Assembly (NCBI GenBank): GCA_973895155.1
Contig: OZ316896.1
Location: 868,001 to 932,000 of the forward strand
From: Marsupella aquatica
Lineage: Eukaryota > Plantae > Marchantiophyta
Length of the DNA stretch: 64,000 bases
Reading direction: 5' to 3'
The notes under the pieces were generated by a model that had not been told where the DNA came from, ran no database searches, and saw only the letters and a list, made by a program, of their open reading frames with translations. Positions 51,419-64,000 of this stretch are shown here, in pieces. The number at the start of each line of letters is the position of its first letter. Position 1 is the stretch's first letter. The position numbers and the translations under genes are program-made.

Positions 51419-54400
51419 ATGCCCTCAGCAACTGTTTTTCGATTGGACAGTGTGTCTATGGATCCTAAACCTGTAGGATCCATTAGTTACAAGATTGATG
51501 ACACATTTGCCGATGCCAGATTGAAGCTAGAGACTCTGTGTCTCTTTAAGTTTGAGTTTCAATTTTACGATGTGAATCTCAATAGTCGAATGGAGGTGGA
51601 ATGGGAAAAAGCCCATATCATAGATGAATGTGGGAAGAAAATCATTGTCATTCCCAAATATGATTTTGAGGATGGAGGTGGAGATCAACCTCTCTTAGGC
51701 AGTAAAGCTTCCAATGGTCTCTCACCCACTTTCAGCTTGTCGGTGGATGACCTTGTCATGGCAGGTCCACCACTAGACCAGCCAATAATAGATAGTCCAC
51801 CTATTGTGGACATTGAAACCCCAGAGGTAGAGACTGATCCTCAAGCAAGTTTCAAATCTTTATGTATAACAAAAGATCTTGCCAAGGTTTGGCAAACACA
51901 AGTGGAGAAATTGAGGGATCACATGAAACTCATTCAATGTGAGGATCATCAATGGAAGGTGAACACATGGGACATTGAGAATGTGGCATGTGGGAAGATA
52001 AAATGCTGTGAATGTGATGTTCGTGTGGAAGGTGCCTCAAAGTCAGGTAGCATGGATAGAGCCAGCATTACTAATGCTTTCACTAACTTCAAGAACAAGC
52101 ATTTGATCACACCCAAGCATAGCAGGAATGTTGCCAAAAATAGAGGTCAAAGATTGGACTCTGTAGAGATAAATTGTCGAGCTGCAACATCTGCCTTGAG
52201 TGATAAAGCCACTCTTGAACAACATGTTCAAATAGTGGAATCTGTGAACGATTCACAGTCTGCTGGACAAAAAACTTTTAAAATTGTTGGTGATATCAAT
52301 AGAGAGCCAATGGAGTTGCACAAGTTCAAATTGTTCTGCATTTTCTGCTGTGAACATATGGTAATGATACCCAAACAACGGAATCTGGAGGCCAATCTCC
52401 AGGCTCACTGTGTGGGAGTCAATCATTTAAATGCAGTTTCTAAAAGCCAAAGAGTGAGTAGCAATATTCCTATTCTCTCAGGCTGTGCAGGACGACCACG
52501 TCAAGCTGATAAGAGGGATAAACGTCAAAAAACCATTCAGGGCTTTCTAACTGTCAAGGAGAGTCAACGGGGCTCTAGCAGTGCCTCTGGCCTATCATCG
52601 TCCGGTAAAGGCAAAGGTAATACTGATGACCTATCCTTGTTGTGTTGGGGACTATGGCAAAGTGAGTGGGTATATGGCAACCAATCCAGGCCTATCAAGA
52701 ATATCCTTAAAGATCAACATAAAGAAGAATGTCTATGGTATTCAGAGCCCCTAGTGAAGGCTAAAGTGTGGTGTGAGGAGATTGAAGAAATTTGTGTCAT
52801 TGAAGGCCTGTTCAGACATAAATCCTGTACCAAAATATCCAGGCTTGGTGGTGGATTTATAAGGTTGACTTGTGATCATTGTTTCACCATACCTAGTCTA
52901 ACAGACTTTAGATTACCGGTGTTCAGAGAAGTAACTGCAGTTGAGAAAAGAGGTCAGAGAGGGACAGGTCAAGGTAGGCGAATAGATTACCTTACAACTG
53001 AAGAGGTCCAAGAGCAAGCAAAGAATTATCGTAGAATTATCAGGAAGGAGAGAAAACTAGCAAGGAGGTTTCAGCATCGTTTGCTGATGCTCACAGCTAA
53101 AGAATCATCTATGAAAGAGATATGCAAGGAGGCAATTAACAGGAAGGACATAATGAAATTCTGTAATTCTGTTGTTCAAGCACACAAAAAAGGGGCTTTT
53201 GGAGGTAGGCAAGCATTATGGGATATGCTTCAAGATGTTGCTTCTAACTTGAATCGAAGCAAGGTGGGTCATCGATGGAGGAAAGGAACAAAGCTCCTGT
53301 GCCAGGCACTGTTTCTACATGGTGGCAGACGGGTAGTAGATTGTCTCCAGACAAATGGTTTGGGTCCTAGTTTGAACACTCTACAAAGAGACAAGCGTGG
53401 CATGTTTGTCTTCCGTGCTGGCATGCATGCTTCACAATTCAAGTTCATTGCTCAAGTTTACTCAAAACTGAAGAGTCGACTTGGAATATCTGGACCTATT
53501 CCCTGCTATTTGGCAGAGGATGAAACCTGTGTGAAAAAGACAGTCAGGTGGCAGCCTAAGGATGATACACTGATTGGGTTTTGTGGAAAAAAAGACAATC
53601 ATACTTGTGGTGTTGGCCTGGCAATAAAAGTGGGTGAGGGTGAAATTGGCTTCAATAACATTACAGAGGCCTTTGACACTAATGTTGTAGGGCACCAAGC
53701 TAGGTGCATTATGGTAAATCCCTTGTGTGACAAGTTTCCTCGCCTCTGTGCCATGGGCACTGGTACATGTGGTCAATTTACTGCTGATTATGTCAAGGAG
53801 CAATGGATTGAATTGCAGTCACTGTGGGCCACTCATTGTTTGGAGGCTGTTGGACCTCTGTTGGGCCATGCTAGTGATGGGGACTCAAGAAGAAGAAAAT
53901 TAATGATAGAAGACTACACAGGGAGAGGAATTCCAGGCCCTAGACAAAATTTTAGGTGGGAAGGATGGTTACTAATCCACTCCATGATCACTGTTGGAGC
54001 AACTTCTCATGCTTATGGGCTCCATGATCAAGATTTCATTCACAATGGAAAGAAACTTGTAAATCCATTGGATTCAATCAAGAGGGTGATGAAGTTAGGG
54101 GCAGAAGTGGCTGCTTTTAGTTACATAAATCATGTGTATGAATTGTATGATGTCAAAGATCATGCAATGAATCATGAGGATGTTCTAAGATCAGACAGGC
54201 AAAATTGGACTAGTGCCCAACGACTTTGTAGTCGAAAACTCATTAATACACTCTTCATGTTACGAAATCGACCAGATGTCAGACAAGAGATGACTCTTGG
54301 CTCAGAACTTTATTTGGGAATATGTGCTGATTATATTGACATTTTCCTGAATACAAGCTTGAGCTTGAGGCAGAGGATTGTTTTGTGTGGCAAAGTGGGG

Positions 54401-55916
54401 TTCTTTTTCAGACTCTGGCGAATGTGGTGTTTCCATGGGAATCACTCTGTAGGTGGTAATACACAACCAATTAGTTTTAAGCAAAATTGCATCCCTATGC
54501 AAACATTTCTTGACATTCAAATGTCTGTGCATTTTGTATCACTTTTGATTATTCAATTCAGAGACCACTTTCCTGAGTTGCTTATGCCTCTGCATCTGAC
54601 TGGATCAGATAGTTGTGAATAATTTTTTTCAAAAGTTGGAGGCATGAATGGTCATGAACGAAGTTATGACCTAACTGAGTTGGTTGATTGTGCAACCTCT
54701 TTGAACCGGTTGGCAGCAATGGACCTGAGTGAAGGAATAGTGGGAGCTGGTCATAGTCACAAAAAGCACAGAAATATTTGGATGAAACTCCACCCAGTAC
54801 CACATGGGTCTCCAAGAAAATTTAGTCAAACCGACTATACAGGGATTGAAACTGATACAGATATTGTGAGGGCTTTGCAAGAAGGTTTTTTGTTAGCCAA
54901 AGATGTTGCTACTCAGGCCCAGATGAACCCTTCCACATCTGCCAGAAACACTGTATGGTGGGATTCACCATGAGAAATTGAGGCAAAAGGTGCACACCAT
55001 GGAGGATGGTGTGATATCAATGTGGAATCCTTGGAGGTGGATGAGGATGCAACATTGGTGGATAGATCCAACCCCAGACAGAAAGAAAATATACAACTTA
55101 TTCCAGAAGGTCCATTTACAGTAGCTGGATCCTCCACTATAGCAGCTGAAGAGGCAAACTCAGCCCTCCATGATGGGATGCTTGAAGATGGGGTGCCTTA
55201 TGTACACATAGCTCGAGATAGTTGTTTTGCTGTAATGTCTGATATACACACAGATTTGGTGTATGGTGAGTCTGGTATCACAGTAGTTCCCACTGTGAGT
55301 TTTGAGGGTCGGACAATGTACAAAAGTACTTTAGTTAGTCAAATGGTAGGGAACCCTCACCTTAGCAAGGACCGTTTGATACGGGTGAAGCAAAGTCTTT
55401 ACTTCAACAATTTGGTGGATAAACCAAAAGTGCGAGTGGGTGTTCCAACTATGATGATGAGTGTCGGCAGCGACTGTGGAGTATTTTTTATGGATGAGAC
55501 AGCACAGGGAAGAGTGACGAGAAGCACTGAGACCACATAGAATGGGAGACAGAAGCGAAGGAGGCCTAGTGGTTTGCCAGTTCTAGTTGTGTCGGTAACC
55601 AACAATCCAAAATATGTTTGGTGGATAGGAAGAGCTCAAACTATTCAACGGAAATATGGAAACACAAGTGGAAGATCACGAGAACCAGTGGACTTGCTTG
55701 ATAGGCCTGGTCCAGAAGTTGCATGCAAAGTGTTCTTTAATTGGTAATAATAAGGAGAAATTTAGGTACTCTATGTGTGATCCTCAATGGATTGATTTAG
55801 ACTGTGTGATATCAACAGTCACCCTTGAAGTCAATCCTTTGCATCCAAAAGTATTCAAATTGCATCCAGATGATGGAATTGCATTGGAAAACTTTGTAAA
55901 GAGCAAAATTGATTGA
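51419..55916 (+). pseudogene. ~1500-aa P-superfamily-like transposase, nearly intact (3 in-frame nonsense codons, 1 distal frameshift)
   Basis: ORFs 51419, 54644 and 55022 share one frame. N-terminal CxxC...H zinc motifs precede AEDET, GHASDGD, DQDFIHNGKKLVNPL and GSDSCE*FFSKVGG. These correspond to the P/THAP9 D, D, DxxHxxK and DxxExFFS blocks. Confidence 0.88.
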
Positions 55917-58084
55917 ATGTGATATTTGGTAAGTAAATTGTCAAATTGATTTGTTATTTTACTGTAGAAAATTTGTGTCTAGGTTTAGAATCTGGTTTTG
56001 AATGTTATTTAATGTTCAGTTTCTAAGCAAACGTGAGTCATTCCATGAAATGTTAATGAATATGTGGTTTCCTATTGTTCAGGGACAAAGTTGTTTTGAC
56101 CAGTTGCAGCATTATGGTATTTTCTAGAAGATGATATTTTCTAGAGGATCAACTAAGAAGTGTATGGCCATACTTGGCCCCCTAAGGAAGAGGAGGTCAA
56201 GTCGACAAAGGTGTTTTAAAAGCATGTTGCTTCCGATGAAGGATATCAAACATGATATTTGAGAGAGTGCTTTAAACCAGAGTTATTTACGTGCTTTGGT
56301 GAAAATTATCATTTTAGTGAAAAGTGATTAGATAGAAGTTTGGGGGAGGTTTAGATTTACAGGAACTATAGGACTAACTACATTGTGTTCCAACTATAAG
56401 CTTTACTTGCATGATCTTTGACTCTTATGTGCCTCCTTATTTTCTTGAGGAAATGCATGTGTACGAGGAAATGTGTACATAAAATATATGTTATTCTCAG
56501 AATGATATATGTATATTTCAATTTTTCCAATTCAGAATCTCGACATGTTTTTTTAATAATACGTGAAGGGCATATTTAATGATCTTTTGGTGATGATTAT
56601 AATAGCCCAAAGGGTTTTATTAATGGTCCAAAAATAATTTATTAATATTAACAAGAGTTTTTTAAAAGGACAAAAAATAGTACTGAAGGGTTTTGGAGAG
56701 GGGGTCGTTCACAGGTGGGTTTCATTAATATACACACAGTGAGGGCCCAGGGTGCCGACTCCACCACTCACAATGTCAACATACTTGACTTCCTGGTCCC
56801 CTTTGAATCCAAGCGTTCGGCCATTATCCATATTGATAATGAAGTGGGTCTCGTCCATGTTTTTAACAAGATTTTCATCAAGTGCCCCACTACGAAACCC
56901 ACATGCTAACTGTCCCATGTGATAGGAGACACTTCTCTCAATAAACTCAGTTTTTGTTGGTGAAACTATTAACTTGCCAATCTGACTTCTATGAACAATT
57001 CCCTGAGTTTCTTGAAATTGTTGTACCCAACGTGGAGTGATCCTCTCAATAAGAGGTCTGTCATCATCTTCCAAGATGACATTGGATCCAAAGTAAGAAT
57101 GAGGATTGCTTTGCAATGCATTTTTTGCCACTAGCAAGAGGACTTTGGGAGAAAATTTTAATCCTACACTTTTTAACCTCTCAAACTCAAAGTGCACAAT
57201 TGGGTACAACCAGATACTCCAAGCTGCCCCCTTCCTTCCCCCTCCCTGGACGAGCTTTTAACTCCACCCGCTTTCTTGCTCCCAAATAAGTGTGACTAAT
57301 GCTCATGTTATCACTCTTCAGGGCTTCAAAAATCTCGGTCCTCTCTTTCCACCATCTGGAATATTTGACTATATTTGCTGTGTAACTTTTTGCCCTGAAA
57401 ATTTTAGGAAAGTATCTCACAGCCTCAAGGACAATGTTCTTGTCATCACCTCTGGAAGCGATTGTTTCTTGCATCCACTTCACCATCTTCACCCTTTGGG
57501 CCTTTGTGGAGCCACATTGGAGCCTACGTCTAGCAACTGTCATATTGGGATCACGATTTTCATCTACTCGGGCATCATCTATGGGCTCTGTAAGATTGGA
57601 AGATGATATGACATACGGGCGGACATTTGAAAATGCTTGCAACAATGGACTACCAAAATTCATGTTTGCACGGAAGATTGTACAAAAGTGGGCTATTCTA
57701 ACAAAGACAGACAAATATTCTTCGATTGAGCTTGATGGGACTCTTCAAAATAAACTCAAAGATACCAATCAAATTGCCAAATAAATCTTAATCAATTCTT
57801 GACATCAACTTCAAATCAGCCTAGACCAGGATTATAAATGACAAAATTCACTACGTATTGAAAAGAATTCATAATTTAGCTTGTATCAGGTTGCATGAGC
57901 AAGCCAAAATTAGTGTCACAAAGTCAACTATCCTAGCTTTTTGTCCATATTAGTGTAATAACCCTAACTATCATAATTAATGTTAATTCAGACCAAAATC
58001 TTTAGCACTCAAAAATTAGTGTTAGTTAGACTAATTCAGGAATAACACTATTTGGGTAGTAACAATATTTCCGGTAAACAGTGT

Positions 58085-58225
58085 AGTTTGAATCTATCCA
58101 ATGTTTGACTAGATTCACCCAATGGACGAAGGTTGAAAGACAATTCTAAGGTTCAGTGTGACAATTGTCATTCATATTTTAATTTTTTGGTGAAGGTTTA
58201 TTTTTATCTGTGTGACAAATGAATG
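58085..58225 (+). ncRNA. Structured RNA motif, copy 6 (3' half only, decayed)
   Basis: hairpin(gaatcta/tagattc)-cccaatgg-ACGAAGG-TTGAAAGACAA-ttctaagg...tggtgaaggtttattt. Confidence 0.5.
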
Positions 58226-60765
58226 TGATATACTACTCTCAACATATTTCTTCATATGAAAAAGCTAATTAGGTTATCTATAGACTATAAAAATTTATAT
58301 TTATAATCACTATTATTAATCAAACATCCATAATCATATTTTAATTTTCATTAATGATTTAGAATTATATGATGTATTTATGTATGTAGACTCATTGTCT
58401 AGGAATACTATAATTCATAAACCAACTCAGTTATTTACGCTTGAATAGTTTGTGGAGAATTTAAACAAGTTTGAGTTCAAAATAGACAATTTAACATCTA
58501 TGATAATTTTTTTCATTGCATAGAATGTAGTAGAATCAGTTTTGTATGTAATCATCAAATACAATTGGTACTAAGGTGGTGGGTGAGCCTAAAGATAGTA
58601 ACAAAAATTATTCTCTTACTTTATCAGATGATGATGATGATATATAATATAAGCTTATACTCTAAACATATTGTTCAATAGTTTCTTTCTATTTAGAAGT
58701 TTTTTAAATATTCATTATTTTATTTTGCGATAATTTTTTTAGGAGAGAATTTTTATCACAATGAGAGAAATCAAATGCCTTAACAAGGCAAAAGCAAAGT
58801 ATGAGAGAAGTAGATTTGGGATCATTACAAGAATCTTGCATTGTATAAAGCGACATTAATAATAATAAGAATAATGAGATTTTTATTATAGATAAACAAA
58901 TATTGTCAAATATAATCTCAAATACAATTCAAGAACAAGAGGCTACACTACCAATAGCTTTCAAGAGGTTTAAGAAATCAACTTCTATCAATGTCTCGTC
59001 TGGTGAACAACGAGAATCAATTTTCTTCCCAAATTCAACAACAAAGGTGAGATTGTCTTGGTTTATGTTGTTAAATTAATGATATATCCAAAATAATACT
59101 ATATATATTTGTACTAACAATTTTGTGTGTAACAATTTAAAAAAAAGATGTTGTAGGATTACAAAACATTGTGGATCGCTCTATAAAAATAAAATGAGAT
59201 GATTATCAAAATATGATACATTTCATTATGTCATAATTGAAAATAATTAGGTGCAGACAGTGTATTGTGGTGATGTAACATTGTCAATGTCTAACAAAAA
59301 TAAGAAATAATTATGCTTACAAGATTGTTAAAGATGAATACATTATGAAATGCTGGTTATTTTGTAAGTGTTAAATATTTTTTTAATCATGTAAAATAAA
59401 TAATTTTTTAATGTAGATTATCATTATCTACTCATGCAAGTGAAGAATGTGTATTTTTTGTTTTTTCATCATAATTTTTTTTGTTTTTTTAATCATTCTA
59501 TGTTAAAGTTTGTAAATTTTAGAGTTTGAATTTTTGAATATCATGATGAATAATGGATAAAGTGATGTCTCTATTGTTGTGTTCTGATTTCAATGGATTC
59601 ATTGTATGTCATTTTTAATACGACTATATTGAACAAAGGCAAAGTAAATTTTCTATGAACCATAAAACTTAAGATAGTCCAAATAATATTACTTAAAATA
59701 TACCACATAATATTGTTTAATGATACAATATATGACATCATGTATGATATTTTATATGATACATTGTATGATATCTTAAATGACTATTAATGTTGTCCAA
59801 GTGATTAATTTATAATTAACCACATGTCACATTTTTATTGATAAAAATAAATTGCGTAATTTATGACATGTTAATTATGAAAAGAAAAAAAAGTTATATT
59901 TTTGATGTCATGTCAAATGTCATTTATGATATACTATATCATTTATAATATGTGGAGGCTCTTGCCATCTAGTGTGCATCTGTCATGTGTGAAGTCACGC
60001 GCGGATGTTCGAGATTGTTATGAAATATAGTAATTTCATGAAGCTCCATGGTGCATTTCAACGACTCAGTTGCGACAGTGTGTTTCCGGCGCCTTATTAA
60101 ATCGGGCGTTGGTCGAAGCTCCGGTCATCCAGTGTCCAGGTGAAAAAAAGACACACGCGCGGACTCCCCATTGACATGGAACATGACAGTTTCATTCAGC
60201 ATCAAGTTGCATTCCCCGAGCACATGTCCGACATTGCTTTACAAATCCACAATCTTTTTTTGTTGATCCTTCAATTTGAAAGCAAACATTCAATTGCATT
60301 CTTGAATTTATTTTATTTGATCATAGACAACTCGCATGTAGTCTGACATCCTACTGCCCATCGACGGCGAACTGGCCACCTGATCGTAGTGAATGTTTTG
60401 CGTGGTATGTTCAAATATTTTCTCACACAAACGTCCGTAATGACTATATCATGCATGCTTGCATAATTGTCATATTTTGTAAAATAATTTGTTTAAATAT
60501 GTATCATAAAAAATATCATTAAAAATATGGACAAATGACTTATGACTGTTCATTTAGTGATTTTGAACATCATGTCATTTCTAAAATGTTATATTATTTA
60601 GGACTATTATAAATAATGGAGTTTAAATCATTTATTTTAATTTAAATAATTAAGTTCTCTAAAAAATGAGGTAGGTATGACGAAAAAACTCTAGTCAAAT
60701 ATTGATAAAAATAATTTTTTTTGTCTTCATTCTAGTCCTTAAAGACACTATATTCCACTAGTTCA

Positions 60766-60798
60766 ATCTAGTGACGGGGCTAATCAAGGACACTAGAT
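60766..60798 (+). ncRNA. Structured RNA motif, possible copy 7 (core hairpin only)
   Basis: atctagtg-ACGGGG-CTAATCAAGGA-cactagat: a perfect 8-bp stem around a related loop. The upstream partner was not found. Confidence 0.35.
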
Positions 60799-62448
60799 AT
60801 CTAAATAGATATTGTCCATTCATTCTTAGAAAAAAAATATGGCCAATGCTCAATATCATATATATAATATTTGAATAATATTATCACCAAAAAGTGTCAA
60901 ATATTAAAAGATAATCAATAGGACAAATGTCAATCAATTTGTTTTGAAAATAAATTCAATATATCTTTGGAGGATTTTTATATAACAATAAGATAAATAA
61001 CAATAAGCATATAATATATATATACATATATATATAATTTTTTAAAAAATATTAAGAATAATTTTAAAAATAAATAAATATACTCACACAATTATATAAT
61101 ATATATATATATAATAATTATACATACATTATATATAATTATCCATAGAAAATATTTGAAAATATCATAAGAAAATAAAATTTAAAATTATAATATTTCT
61201 TTATAATTTCTTATTTTATTAAATGATATTATTAATAATTAAATAAAAATAAAATAAATTGTTTGACTTGTTCAAATAAATAATTTATAATATAATATTA
61301 TTAGATATATAATAAGTCAAAGTCATAGAATATTTCAAAATAAAATAGTAAATTAAATAAGCTTAATAAACCAAAATAGTAGAATATGACAAAATAAAAT
61401 AATGTGCCAAAATAGTGGGCTAAAAAATTATGTGTAACTCACTTTCTAAAATAATGGACTAATAAATTATGGATAATTCATTTTATAAAATAATAAATTA
61501 AAAAATAGGCAAAATAATAGGCTAGCAAATTATAGGTAATCCATTTTAACATGTTGATAAAAACCTGACTAGGAACAAGGGCCAATGATGTCAATATCAA
61601 TATCTTTGGCTGTTTAAATGACGTTTTGACTTGACATGACATGGTGTATGTCTTAAAAAAGACTCCCCTTGCAATAGCTATTGTTGTGAAATGCAGACTC
61701 ATGTGTGATTCAATGTTTATCATATTTGACCTTGGCATTGATTGGATGAAAGTTTTGTGTAAAAACAAACTTTAAAGAAAAATACCCCCATAAAGTGTAT
61801 ATATACCTCGTACTCCATTTCTTATATACATACATAAAAAATACCTTTTGTATAAAAGTACCAAGTATATCGGGCGTACAAGCTAGGCTTAAAGTAGTAG
61901 GTTTAACTGACACTTTTAGCGTCTATCCTTAAAAAAGGCAACATAATAAAACTTTATAAATGTACTCATTCAAATAGTCTCATAGTACCAACTAATGTTC
62001 TTTCCTTCCTAGACATACGCTCAGAGTCCTATGTTTTCTCTCCCTCTTTTCAACTAATGTTCTCTCTCCCCTGCATATGCATGACATTCATAGATTCATG
62101 TGCTTGTCTTGCTTGTGACTTTACTACATGTGAACATTTATCCTCTTTGACAAAACCAATGATGATTTGTGTGTTTTTCTGAGTTCTTTAAATCTTTCAA
62201 AAACCTGATGTTGGATTGTATGTCTATATTATGAGTTCTTTAGAATCCTCCAAAGACCTGACGTTACCAGTCCCATAAGCTTTATAATTGTCAGAATTTG
62301 CTTAAATTATCTCCTTTAAATTACTATTCATGCACAAGGTTTGGTGTCCACACACAACTCCACCTTACACAAAAACATGGCAAGGGGACAACAGGTTTGC
62401 CTCAATAGTCAATATTTTGCTGTAATTTCTTTGCTAGCCCTAAGTTAA

Positions 62449-62567
62449 TATGTGTCTCCCCGTTCTTGCCGCGGCTGCAAGTAGCAAAAATACATAACAA
62501 AAATCTAATTTTTTATAAAGATTTGATTCATCCCAGGGATGGAGGTTGAATGACAATCCTGAGGATG
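62449..62567 (+). ncRNA. Intronic structured RNA motif, copy 8
   Basis: tatgtGTC-TCCCCG-hairpin(cttgc/gcaag)-AAAAtacata-hairpin(aaatct/agattt)-catcccaggg-ATGGAGG-TTGAATGACAA-tcctgaggatg. The mini-exon ATGGCAAGGGGACAACAG|GT lies at 62377-62394. Confidence 0.7.
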
Positions 62568-62989
62568 TGATTGCAGACCAAGCTTTGGAATTGGCATAGA
62601 CCATTTCTTTGTTGCACTTCCAATTCTACATCCAAAGGAGGATGTACTAGTCAGATAGTCTGGTTAGATCATGTCTTGGTACATGGCTAATCACCGAGAG
62701 CTATTCTTTAATGTTTTTTTTTGCACAAGGACGTATGGTCCTTACGATGAGCTTTCTTGGTGGTGAGGCACGTCACGTACGGACAAGACCATACGGACTA
62801 GACCCACCCAACCTTGGATTCTAGAAATCCCGGCCGCTGCCTTACATCCACAAGGCACAACATAACACAAATACCTTTCATGTATTTTGATTACAACAAT
62901 TAGAACCTAAAAGATGAAATAAAATCTTTAGGTTAGGAAATCAATCCCGAAAACAACACACCCTTCCAACCAACACCATATCTAGGCAA

Positions 62990-64000
62990 GTTACTGAATT
63001 TTTTCCCAAGTAGTCTTCATTGAACCAAAATCCAAAACTTTTGAGGAGTCAATTGCAAAAAAACTCAAAATAAAAGTGTCATTGAGAGCATGGTCCCTTG
63101 GATCAGTAGCCTTTGGCCTCTCTCGCTTCCCTATTTGAATAGTAGCAAACATCTCATTTGTTGTAGTAGTACATTGCTCACCATCCAAATATTTTGAACT
63201 AGAAAGATGCCTAGATTAATATGCTCCAAGTTTGGCTTCTTTGGAACTAATTTGAATACTTGTGTATAATAAGAACACTTGACCTTATACAAGTAAGACT
63301 TAACATGACTAGAAGATTTGGCCCAGTAACACAAAATCCAGCATTGACACGCAACACTATTCCTTGAACAGTTTTTACCTCAACTTCATGGCAACTCTTC
63401 ATTGACCAAAAGCGCTTTCTTTGGGGCATCAGCAAAAATAATTTTGTTTTTGTTACACTAACTCATGGCGTGTTTGGGAGTCACTACATTGTTTGAAATT
63501 ATTAAAAACATTCTTAATCCTTTGGGTGGTTTGGGGCATTGCCCCATCCCCAGGATTGTCTAAACACGACACTCCATGCAATCAAGATGACCAAACACTT
63601 CTTCCTCCTCATCCCATGTCTTTACTCTCCACAGTTGATCTGATTGCCCATGAACCTTCATCCATACTGTCAACTTCCTCACCTGGTCTACCCAAACATT
63701 TTGAGAAGCTGGGCTCATCTGTTTGGATTCCCAGATTGCATGAGACTCAATCTTGTCAATAGCAGGAACATCAGCTGAACTGCAATAATCACAAAAGATT
63801 AGAAGGAGAAGATCCACCTATAGTTAAGTCCCCTTCATGTGGAATCTGTTCTAGATCATCCGGGAGATCATCAACACGTCGGATGACAATGACTATACCA
63901 CCTAGCTCGTCCAATGGCAAAAGATGTTCCATTGCAAGTTTTATTTGTCCCAAAAATCTATTATCCCAAAAATCAAAAGAGAAGTCTAAAACCACTTCTA
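62990..64000 (-). pseudogene. Third P-like transposase, N-terminal part only
   Basis: LDFSFDFWD...GIVIVIRR and VWVDQVRKL...WRVKTWD...HLDCMEC align with the N-terminus of 51419 (LFKFEFQFYD...KIIVIPK; VWQTQVEKL...WKVNTWD...KIKCCEC). It runs off the window edge. Confidence 0.8.

Larger units (their letters stand above)
46762..56752 (+). mobile_element. P-element-like DNA transposon B (9991 bp)
   Basis: Perfect 11-bp TIR ccctgggccct / agggcccaggg. Perfect 8-bp TSD tgccgact (46754-46761, 56753-56760). The empty site is reconstructable from the pogo reading frame. Confidence 0.95.
46070..57714 (-). pseudogene. pogo-type (DDE_1) transposase, 57714-56753 joined to 46761-46070, split by P-like element B
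   Basis: NMDETHFIINMDNGRTLGFKGDQEVKYVDIVSGGVG continues exactly as ITMVVKTTGG...IQWIDNCPRH...FPEAATHLVQPCDSFVISKIK once 46762-56760 is removed. Confidence 0.9.

Noticed and set aside
58740-61500. Very AT-rich stretch with faint coding remnants (possible Helitron relic)
   Set aside because: No Rep/helicase motif or clear termini; too decayed to call.
62730-62800. cacgtacgg resembling group II intron domain V
   Set aside because: The 5' AGC-containing arm is missing; more likely a short inverted repeat (cgtatggtc/gaccatacg) at a TE junction.

Overview
Eukaryotic, land-plant nuclear DNA. It is bryophyte-like and possibly hornwort, which is an inference from the compact GT-AG introns, the PsbO sequence and an organellar insert. 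The first ~13 kb hold two intact photosystem II genes (psbO, LQY1). They also contain a pogo-like transposase relic split by a 1.2-kb mitochondrial group II intron maturase insert. The other ~50 kb are nested, C>T-decayed repeats with two notable systems. (1) A tandem array of about ten 1.2-1.9-kb gene-like units from ~18.4 to 62.7 kb. The typical unit has an 18-nt ATG mini-exon, an intron carrying a covarying pseudoknotted RNA motif with hammerhead-like core elements (GUC / NAAA(C/U) / CUGAAUGA), a divergent coding exon and a conserved TGGCCTTGATTGGGTG 3' motif. (2) A family of P-element-like DNA transposons with 8-bp TSDs and CTCGGGG/CCCTGGG termini: two full-length 8.5 and 10 kb copies, one truncated copy and several ~290-bp MITEs. 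The full-length copies carry cargo: an EDM2/NSD-type PHD-finger cassette in one and a flotillin fragment in the other. Copia, L1, Sola-like and MULE-like relics are also present. All calls are by eye; no database searches or folding programs were run.
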